From: Lingula anatina
Lineage: Eukaryota > Animalia > Brachiopoda
Direction of reading: 5' to 3'
Assembly: GCA_051362555.1 (NCBI GenBank)
Contig: CM120643.1
Span: forward strand, 28,090,848 to 28,154,847
DNA: 64,000 nt
The position numbers and the translations under genes were made by a program. Below are positions 53,831-64,000 of the stretch, piece after piece. The notes beneath the pieces were generated by a model that did not search any database, was not told the origin of the DNA, and saw only the letters and a list, made by a program, of their open reading frames with translations. Each line of letters opens with the position of its first letter. Within the stretch, counting starts at the first letter, position 1.

Positions 53831-56800
53831 TAAACAATAAGATTGTGAAATAAGAATAGTGCTGTTAGATAATAATGTTAATTCAACGGTGACGATGGAG
53901 AATCCGTCATTCACAATGTTAATAAATTAAGACTGGTTCAAGCCAACTGTCGATATCAAATAAATCTTTTTAGTAATTGAGGCTTCACTTCAGCTTCTTC
54001 TGTAAATATCTTTTTAAAAATAATGTTACTCTCTTTGTTACTTTTATTTTTTACACAGGTCGCGAGGATGGAAATTTACATGATCTCAGTGACGTTGAAA
54101 TTGAAGGTGCTTTACCTCAGTGAAGTTGGAGTTGAAGGTCATTACTGGTGGTAGTTGATGAAACAAACATTTGAGCAAAGTGATGTCTTTTCAGTGGAAA
54201 ATAACCACCTTCTTCTAATGTGAGGGAAACATTTTAACTGATAGCATTTAACACTGAGGTCATGCAGTGGTAACAGTATGTTGACATAATATGTTAATGT
54301 GTGAGGGGTTGGATTATTCCTAAATAAAAGTAGAATACTTAAGTGAGTGTAAAGATCATTATGTTTCTCATACGGAAGTAGAAGTGGTGGTTGCATGTCA
54401 AGCAGCCAGTAATCACAAGGGGGGGGGGGGGCTGTGAAAGTTGTACATTTCATAAAGATAGTCTCCTCTGCAGATTAGAACTAAGATATATTTTTTTATG
54501 AAATGAAGATACAGTTCAGCACAGTGTAAGTATTGTTTCTTCAAGTACTCACCATCTACACATCAGTACATGTGACATAAATAGTTGATAAAGAGGCCCT
54601 TACAAGTTGTCATGCAACAATTCGGTGGGAGAACATGCTGCCCATTGTTTTTATATAACTAGAATAACGATGGTAACATGTTGATAACTCACACCACAGG
54701 TTTATGTTGTTGTTATTCTATGACCATTAATGGTCTCGACGTTGCTGACGCATTTAATTTTTTAGTGTGCAGTTTCATATTTATGACAATTTCTGTTATT
54801 ACTTGTTTTGTGTCATAATTATTATAGATTCCTTCGGATGTTTCTCAGTGCTTCTTTTACAATTTTTTCAAGAATAACAAGAAACACATTCGAACACATT
54901 TTTTTGGGACGTAATTGAAACCTTTAATTGAAGCATAATTGAAGCAAAATTGAAGTGTTTTAAACTAATCTTAATTAGACAAACATAGTCATACATTTTG
55001 TTTTAAGAAAATCAGGACCCTTTTTTGCATAATAATAATGATAATAGTAATAACTGTTATTATTATTATTATTATTATTGACAAAGAAAAAGAAAGAAAT
55101 GTTAAGGGAAATTTCTCAGAGACGCGTGGTAAAATGATAAAGGTATAAAGTGGTTTTAAAATCCATTAGAGCAATAAATATAAACGACCCTCAATGGAGG
55201 ACATCAAAGCTGTTTACTTGGCAGAGGACTCCTGTGATGCAAGTAAAGGAGCTGATTTGAATACATCTTAACCAAGTGGAATGTCTGGATGTTTTCATTA
55301 GGGAAATATCCAGGATAGACTCCGTGTAATGAAATGGTTAACACATCATTAAGTGTAAGCCACAAACACTGACAATGCATAAATGAATAGTGAGTGAGCT
55401 TTTGAAATCTCAGTTAATAAAATAAGCCATGATTGCGCAATAAATGCCACAATCTGTCCTTGGCTCTTCTTTAGTAATGCTTTGTGTGCAGATGTGTTTA
55501 TAACTGAGGCTTCATATGAATCTACTCTAATTGGTCAATGCACTTCCACTAGAAAATCAACCAAAGCGGCCAAAATGTGGCAATTAAGGTTGGGATTGGC
55601 GGATTCAATCAAACATTTCTGTCTGATAATTTTGTCGAAAGCACAGTTAAATTCTGAATCTTTTTTTTTTTTTTTTAAAAGAACTTTGGGGGTCCTGACT
55701 ACACAGAGTGTCGTAACAAAAGTAGTGGAAGTCTGTTTATAAATTCTATGAAGGGCTTTTTCATTTCAGCGTGAAATCTTCCTTTTTTATAAGAATCCAT
55801 ACCAAGACCATTCGGAAGATATGTAATTAATTGTCAATCACGCTGCCATAGTAACGAAGGGACAAAACACAGATAAATAAGGCAATTTTTGAAACTTTAA
55901 GGATTTGAAGCTTTGTAATTATGCAAAAAATACTTTGCTTAGAATACGTAGGGATGGACGTTTGGAATGAGGGGTATGAGCGGTGAATTATGCGGTGGTT
56001 CATTTCCATGGTGCTGTGAAAATGCGCCTGATTTTTATTAATTGTACTTTTTTGTTTATATCAATATTATTGACAATATTCTTAATAGTTTTCCGAATTA
56101 GTGGCGTCGTTATAATGGGTTTGAAGACAAAGAAAATAGATGGAAATTTTTGTTTCTTCCTAACAATCTACACAAGAACTAGGCGCAGAAAAGATAGCAT
56201 GCGGACTTAAACTTGCCTACAAATATCACGCAATTGTCTTTTGCTTGAGGTGCACCAGATACGTTAAGAATCATTTATGAAATCTGAATGTGCTTAGCGT
56301 CCGAGATCAAGCTAGGAATGATAGGGAGCCCATTCTTCAAAGGCTTCGAGAGTAAGCTACTGAGTTTAACGATATTTCCTGATCACAGATTTCGATTAAG
56401 AAAGAAATAAACTCACTCCAGAGAGTGCCAGCACCCATTACACAAAGAGGAAAGAAAGACCTGCAATAACCAAGTGATTGGTGTCTAGATTTCCAAGGTG
56501 TGTACGTCCCAAGAGGGTCATGTACCGGTAAATATAAAGTTTATGAAGTAAATGAGATATACGTGCCATGCCTTTGCCTTACATTCGTCATTGTTATGTA
56601 GTAAATTATTTTTTTGATAAAACACCTTGATTTGGCTCGTAATATGGTACAGTGATTTTCTCCTTGAAACTATTTGTATATTCCAATCAAAGTGTTTGTT
56701 GTAATAATTGGCTTTAAACAGACGTGCATTTTGTCACTACGATAAAGGACTATGCCTATAAGAAAGCCTTTCATCTGGATAAATTTCATAGTTTCCAGAA

Positions 56801-56854
56801 ATTAATAACCAAGGGTATATTATAAAATTGCATTTTCCTTGTCTTGTTTTTCAG

Positions 56855-57418
56855 ATCCACTGCATTTTATACCTGGTGAAGAAAGTCACTTAGAACTGGT
56901 TTGCAGCTATATCCTTGCTACAGAAATCTGTCTGTCAGCTGAAAACAAAAGTGGATGGCCTTAGGGAAATATTCATTCGTTCAGATGATGCTGGGTGCTA
57001 CCACTGTGCACTTATTATTATACCCATGCCTGCTTTATCTGAACAGACAGGCGTCCTTGTTCGGCAGTATGACTTCAGCAAGACACAAGCTGGCAAGGGC
57101 AAATGTGAACGAAAAATTCCTAAATGTCTTATAGGACGTAATGTTAATGAAGGACGTGATGTTATTTCAGCCATTGACTTGCACACAACTTTGTCTTTAT
57201 CTAGAGAGATCAGAGACTGCCATGCAGCTGTTGTGGAAATTAGGAAAGGTGTCCATGCAATCCGAAAGATCACTGCTTTCTTCATATTTTCAGAAGGCCA
57301 CATTCAGTGTTGGAAAGCCTACAGTGTAGGAGAGGGTATTAATTTCCAGAAGAAAGCTATTGACAGGTTCGGCAGTGCACAGGGAGCGACCAACTGCCTC
57401 TTTGTTGCCTCGTTGTAA
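56855..57418 (+). pseudogene. Degraded DNA transposase fragment (Sola-superfamily-like)
   Basis: IFIRSDDAGCYHC...RQYDFSKTQAGKGKCER resembles the SDNAGCYH...DFS..Q.GK..CDR catalytic core. The family call is from memory. Confidence 0.55.
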
Positions 57419-59044
57419 AATATGTACAATTCCTTCCGTGGCATCAGGGGTATTCATTTACGAAAGGCGTTGGACCGTCGGACATGCCTGACAAAGTTCG
57501 TCTTGGTCCGATAAAAAAAAATCCTGTATCGTCCGTCCGGCAAGTTTTCAAGCAGACTCAAAATCTCTAATTCTAAGGAATACATTTTGTTCCCCTTCTT
57601 TTGCGAAATATTTTACTTCACTTTACATGTACAAGAGAGGTGGGATAAAAATCCCGGGGAGTTATCTGCTTGTTATACATAATTTATTAACCTCAATTTC
57701 ACTCTAATTAGTATTTTGTGACTGGCTTGATAATCTCTTTCTTCATTTTTGTGGTTTCATTACACGGCAAAATGGCTGCAACACATGTTCCCATGTTTTT
57801 TTTTCTTTTTTTTTTTTGTATTTTTACTGGTAAAAAATAAGCCAAAAACCTTTATTTTCTAGGGCATATATCTCCCAACTCAAAAAAAGTGAAGTGATTT
57901 TTATTACTTTTATCGATAGAACTATTCTTTTTCGATATTCATGGTAAGCTTCATGAGTCTACTCCCCGTCGTGTCAGATGAGCTTACGTTTTTGTGAGGG
58001 TAGGGTCTCAAAGCGGTTGGGGAGGCGGGGTGAGCAAAATATGCATTAATTTACTTGGGGTGATGAAATTATTTAAAATATAGCCTGATTGTGATGTAAA
58101 AAATTTGTCCTTATCAAAAATATACACTAATATTAAATATTTTATCATTTAAAATTTATTCTCATGTATATGTATTTAAGGAGAGGGAAACTGGTCAACC
58201 TGGTCAAGACCAGTGCAAATATTGTACGTCCCATTTTTCCATTTTACTTCACAGAGGTTCAAAATTCCTTAGGACACACATTCATACCAATTTTCATTTT
58301 AATATTAAAATATCCGTTTAACCCCACGTTGTCGCCATAACCGTAACGGTTTTTATCAAAATTGATTGACAATTCAAAATAAGTAGAAGAAACCTGTTTT
58401 TTCTAAGTAGGATTAAAATGGGTGTATTCCATATTTGGAATTCAAGAGGCAGTGATAAATAGTCAACTGAAATCTATTACAGCCACTTTAGCTGTTATCA
58501 AAGATGATTAATAGTTCAAATTAAGTAGAAGCGAGAAACCTGTTTTTTTTTCTAAGAAGAATTAAAACGGATGTCTTCCAAATAAGGATCTCCAGAAGAA
58601 GTGATAAATAGTCCACTGGTGTCATTTACGCTTATTTCAGCAGACTCAACACGCCGTATCGGAAGAGGAAGAATTTTCCTTTTTTGCGATTCAGTAAGTA
58701 AAATAAGTTGTATGTATAGCGTTAAACTTATGATGTATGGAAGAATGCAATTATTTCAACTTCAGATCTTATTTTGATTTCAATGTTTTTGCATCATTTT
58801 ATAATGCGAATGTTTTTATATACTATAACTTACTGAAAGAACAATATTTTTAAAAATGTGCACATATTAAAGAGCAATTCCTTGTCTGTGGGTACGTTTA
58901 CAAGATTGTCAATTAAAGCAGCATACAAACCGAGGGAGGGTGCTACCATTGTTGCTAAGATAATATAAGAATGGTGTCTAAAATTGTTTATCTTAAATAA
59001 TCGTCATCATAAGGTGTACATTATTCGTCTAAATGCGTTTTTAA

Positions 59045-59356
59045 AACGATAATAAATATTTGTATGAAATCTATATTCTACAATAAAAACATTGTAACCA
59101 ACCCATAGAAATATAATATATTCTGTTTTACCACAGAAACGGCAGATATAGCTATTGTTCTGATATCTAACCTCCATAGATGGCTATACTCTGTAATAAT
59201 CTCTTAAGAAATTATAACATAAAACTAAAAAAAAAAAAAAAAAAAAAAAAGAGTGAATGTAGAAATGGATTAGTTAACCATGGGTAAGTATGGGAAAATT
59301 GTTGTTTACTCCGGGAAAATTCTTTTTTTTTGCCAAAACGAACAGTCATTATCCCT
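59045..59356 (+). mobile_element. TTAA-target MITE, copy E (small internal deletion)
   Basis: Colinear with copies A and D; ends TCATTATCCCT|ttaa. Confidence 0.75.
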
Positions 59357-61641
59357 TTAACTTCGTTTTTTGACCATTCTTTGCGTTCAGTTTTACGCTC
59401 TGCTATCTTCAAAATGGTTTGCATGTGCACGATTCATTCACTGCGAGCACCTTTTACGAGTGATACTATCAGGGCTTCCTAAGCAGTGTGGCCATTGCAT
59501 CATTCGACGTTGTCTCAGTGCAAGGCTTCCGATTGTTAAATGTCTTATTAACCCTTGTTGACATATCATTGCCCTCTCTATTATAATCCTATTTTTATTC
59601 GTGCAATTTTTGTGTCGTACTTCCTTCTGTTTTTTATCCCTCTTATGTGCTAAATGTTTTTCTTCGCACCGTCCGCTGCATTGACTTGTTAAATTAGGGA
59701 AGTCACGCGGTACGCCTGCTCACTTGACCTTGAACGATGGAAAGTAGGTTGAGCAGTTTTCTCACACTTCTTCCCACCCGTTCATTCATATGCTAGTATC
59801 TGGGTCACGTGACACGCCAAGTATGTTACAATTGCGGGGTATAAATGCAACTCTTAGTTCTTTATTTCTACGTACTTGACGCGCGTTAGACGTTAACTTT
59901 GAAATAGATCTTGTTTATTTGGAGTATTTGATGCTGTGAAAGTGCTGTTAATGTGAACAATTTCCAACTAAAACCGCTTTGTATACCCGTTTAAAACGAG
60001 AAAACGGCCATTAATGAAAACATTAAGTTTCATTTAATATTACAAGTCACGCGTAATAAGTGGTGTAAAAGCGTGGGTTGATTTAAGTACAACCTAACCT
60101 ATTGGACATAAATAAAAACGTTTATAAATGTTATCTAAGTTTGACAACAAATTTAACATGAAAAGTCTATTTAAATGGAACATTAAGGGTTAATTGTCAT
60201 CCAGGTACCGAAAATTAAGTTTTCCTGTTTCTATTTATTAAGTAATGCATCTGCCCTCGTGAGTTTGGACTTTGCGCCTTAATAGATTTTCATAAAGCAT
60301 TTGGCTGCATCAATAGGATTTATGTGTTGCATAAATATACGAAAACTCTACTTTTTTATGTGAATCTCATGCAGAAATGGTTTTAAAGCAAATCATGGTA
60401 AAAAATGTTTCATCTGGAAGAAAGCGTACACGTCGTGGCGCCCAGGGGTATTACCTTGATAGAGCAATTTATTGATCCAATTGACACTTGCGATATTCAA
60501 GGACAAGTTTCACTTACAGCATGAGAATGTTAAACCCACTGTATCCGCTTGGTAACGGATTTTTAACGGAAAATAACAGCGACCAATCCGCCTAAAACCT
60601 TAATGTGAACACAAGTGAACATGCATGGGACAAATGGGTAGTACTGTATGCAGGAGAAACCCACGCCTGGAGAATCCACAACAGATGAAACAAAATGTAA
60701 CCCAAGAGTAGAACAAAATCCCCCAGCAAAGATTGGTGGCAGCAGTGAACAGCATACCCAGTCGCGCATGGGCTCTTTATCTTGCACGTGGGGTCACATC
60801 CGATAGGGTCATGAATAGTCTTAAATAAAATTATAAAATTTTGCAATTGATCGTCACTTCGCTTTGCATTAAGAACATTTTTATTTTAATGGAGTATGTA
60901 TTTAACAGAGTTTATTTTCAGGGGCCAAAATTGAAAACTCATTTTATCTACAGGAGTCTACAGGAAATATGCAATAGAGGGAGTTTCTTTTAAATGTCCA
61001 GAGATTATACATTTTGAGTCTGCCACGCTACAACTGAACAATAAAGAAAAACTGACATTTGTTACAAAATTAATACATTTTATGAAGTTTAACAACCCTT
61101 TTTAACAACAATAAGACCACTCAGAAGAGAAGAGCCGAGTGCTAGCCGGTCCACAGCCTAAATATGGCGGACCTACATGAAAGGAAACCGCTTAATCCTG
61201 TAATGGTCTATCCGCCTCTTTCACGCCTCCCCAGTCATCGTCTCTGCAGGGGCACAGTGATTTAATCTCATCCCAATGCGACCGGTCGAGGAACGACGCG
61301 TGGGGAGGCGTGTGAGAGGCTATGCAATAATTAAATGAAATCTATGGAAACCCTTGGAGGAGTGTACATTACCGCGGTATGGATGACACCTTTTTTTGCT
61401 ATGTAAATCAACTATCCCGTAGTTGATGACTTTCGCAGGGAACTGATTCTTTGTCCTTGTGGTATTTCCATTTTCAGTTCTGCATTCCCCGTTTCTTTTC
61501 CTTCTTTTTAAATTTATCCTCTCATAATACTAGAATCAACGGTAACAACGTCAGTATCAACGATTTACCTTTTTTATATTTTATGTACTATATATGCATA
61601 TGTGTTAATAATCTGTTTCATCTTTTCTTTCAGGTTTCCAA

Positions 61642-61729
61642 ATGTACAAAATGACAAGTAAGGGCACTATGATCTTTGGTGGATCCCTACTGTTCACGCT
61701 GATTGCTGTCTGTTCAGGGCAACGAGCAA
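61642..61729 (+). CDS. SRCR gene 3: signal-peptide exon (rest of the gene lies beyond the window)
   Basis: MYKMTSKGTMIFGGSLLFTLIAVCSGQRA is near-identical to gene 2 36164-36251. Acceptor ttttctttcag ends at 61633, GTAAGC donor starts at 61730, and the flanks are paralogous. Confidence 0.85.
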
Positions 61730-61864
61730 GTAAGCATGACCAAAAGTTCAATTTCTACAAACTAAGAATATGCTTAATTTTGGGATATTTTGATGTGCCA
61801 TGTGCCATCTTCACCAGTGTCTTGCGACACAGGTGCATTTGTGTCGATGACCATGATATTATTT

Positions 61865-62098
61865 TCTTTTATTATATTATCCGTTATAGCAGGTGGTCAC
61901 CTTTTACTATATTATCTGTTAAAGCAGATGACCACCTTTTACTATATTATCCGTTATAGCAGATGGCCACTTTTTACTATATTATTCGTTAAAGCAGATG
62001 GAAACATTTTAATATATTATCCCAGATGGTTACCATTTTCTATATTATCCGTTGTAGCAGATGGTCACCTTTTACTATATCATCCGTTATAGCAGATG
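61865..62098. repeat. 35-bp minisatellite (about 6.5 units) in gene 3 intron
   Basis: Unit tattatccgttatagcagatggtcaccttttacta. Confidence 0.9.
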
Positions 62099-62260
62099 TT
62101 GTTGTTGTTGTTCTTGTTGTGTCCCTTGTAATAGTCAATAAAAACAAATATACAAACAAAAAAATAAATGATTAAACCAGATGATGATAATGATGAAGAT
62201 GATAATTAACATGTATGGAATAATAATCGTACAAAAATACTACCTTTATGCCAACTGTAC

Positions 62261-62267
<7 letters not shown>

Positions 62268-62308
<41 letters not shown>

Positions 62309-62446
62309 AATGTATTTACATGGTTTATCCGGAAATTATATATGCGTGTGTCTTTACTTACAAATGATATCATATCAACTGTTTTAGGAATATATTTTAT
62401 TCCAGATGCCAAATCTAACATGACTTCGGGTACAGAAAATACTATT

Positions 62447-62516
<70 letters not shown>
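62268..62516. repeat. (TA)n microsatellites
   Basis: Runs at ~62268-62303 and ~62451-62516, and another at 63950-64000. Other simple repeats: (GT)n ~6668-6730, (AAT)n ~12410-12452, poly(A) 16036-16084, (CT)n ~22702-22762. Confidence 0.9.
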
Positions 62517-62522
<6 letters not shown>

Positions 62523-63543
62523 TTCACACTAGCAATATGTCCAATTAAAATAAAATGCCCATATAATTAAAAAAACATCGCCAAATGTTACCTAATTCAA
62601 ACAAAATCCTGAGTGTGGTCTTTAGATGTTACGTGTCCTTTACCGAGACTACTTACTACGTACTTCAATTATATCCTGTAGGCGGTGCAGCAAGCTTCCA
62701 ACAAGGTTAAAATTTCTGTTTTGTAAGATAATGTTCCATTCTTTCTGAATAGCTTGTTCTCTATTACCAGGAGTTTTTTTCTATACACCGTGCACTCCAT
62801 GAGTACTCAAAAGTTATAATGTGCAGGATGTTACGGGCCTGACTTCCTTTTTTTTAAATTTTCTCAATAATCGGTACACTCAATTTGACACAGGGTTATG
62901 ACAGACAGAGTTTATATCAGTGTGGTCGTCCTATAAAACCAACGACTTGTGACAATGATGAAACCGCTATCAGCGAAAGGTGCGGCATTTTAGACTTGTT
63001 GTCAATATGCAATTTGTAATAACGTAATTCCACACGTGACTTTAATCTAAAATATTTACGAACCAACCGACAATATTACTTTGAATAAGATAATTGATTT
63101 TGAAGGTAAAGAGACGAGCAATCATTTAATAATCATAATTGGTTTCTCTGAGTCTTTGCTACTCTTTTTAGTACATGTTGTATTTTCTGCTCTCTAGTTT
63201 CATATTTTAATTTTCACACTGTATATCCACTAATCCACTAATCCACTATCCACTGGATATCCACTACATTTAAAATTACCTTTCCTCCATTCAATATTTT
63301 CTTATAAGGCAATAAAATTGTGTATACTTACTTATATTTGTTTTTAATTGAAAATATTTGAAATATTATTTGAATTACTCATGCTTGGACCATATCCATT
63401 CTTATTTTGCATGTGTTAAACATATGTGAAACACGTGGCTTTGACAAGTTCCCTTTCCATCTACGGTAGAGAAACCCACTGTCCTCTGGCTCATGGGTAA
63501 ACTATAAATTACCCGTCGTGTCTGTGAGCTGTTATACAGCTTA

Positions 63544-63842
63544 ATTACCTCCGCCAAGGGGGTTATGTTTTTGGCGCCGTTCGTTTGTCTGTCTGTCTAT
63601 CTGTCTGTTAGCAACCTTACAGAAAAAGTTATGTACCGATTTTGATGAAATTTTCTGGTACTGTCAGAAGTGGGCCAAGGAAGTGATGCTTTGTTTTTAG
63701 TAGTGATCAGGATCATTAATCAATCAATAATAATAATAAAAATACAAAATCATTATAGAATGAAATTTTAGGGGTGAAACGGCATTGGGTGGAGACTTTG
63801 CTGCCTTGGCGGAGGTCTACGCTCTGGGAGTGCTTTTCTAGT
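63544..63842 (+). mobile_element. Helentron-associated non-autonomous element (HINE/DINE-1-like)
   Basis: Subterminal inverted repeats ACCTCCGCCAAGG ... CCTTGGCGGAGGT, a (GTCT)n microsatellite, a short 3' hairpin and a CTAGTT end. Confidence 0.75.
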
Positions 63843-63946
63843 TGTCTGTTATTTCCAGTGCATCGACTATGGATATTTAAACTGTATTAGTCGTCTATGC
63901 CTAACCATAGTCTGGGTCCATAACTCTCTAGTGCCGATGACTATTG

Positions 63947-64000
<54 letters not shown>

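Noticed and set aside
61730-61959. Extension of the 105-aa ORF as a stand-alone protein
   Set aside because: It is read-through past the GTAAGC donor into intron and minisatellite; the paralog splices at this point.

Overview
AT-rich, intron-containing animal DNA, probably from a marine invertebrate (echinoderm-like; this is inference). The window holds a + strand tandem array of three secreted multi-SRCR (scavenger receptor cysteine-rich, group A, DMBT1-like) genes. It contains the 3' part of gene 1 (6 domains, 2211-7665), a complete gene 2 (signal peptide + 8 domains, 36164-48999, 884 aa) and the signal-peptide exon of gene 3 (61642-61729). Each domain is a two-exon cassette (typically 139 nt phase 1-2 plus 185 nt phase 2-1). 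The two intergenic spacers are paralogous, and each carries its own transposon insertions: a 15.6-kb EnSpm/CACTA-like element with nested elements and decayed genes, a truncated BEL/Pao LTR element, a LINE fragment, a Sola-like transposase remnant and TTAA MITEs. Both spacers also contain a damaged second gene that the ORF track largely misses. It encodes a small Cys-rich, probably secreted peptide, with an in-frame TGA at the same position in both copies. All calls come from manual reading; no database searches were run.
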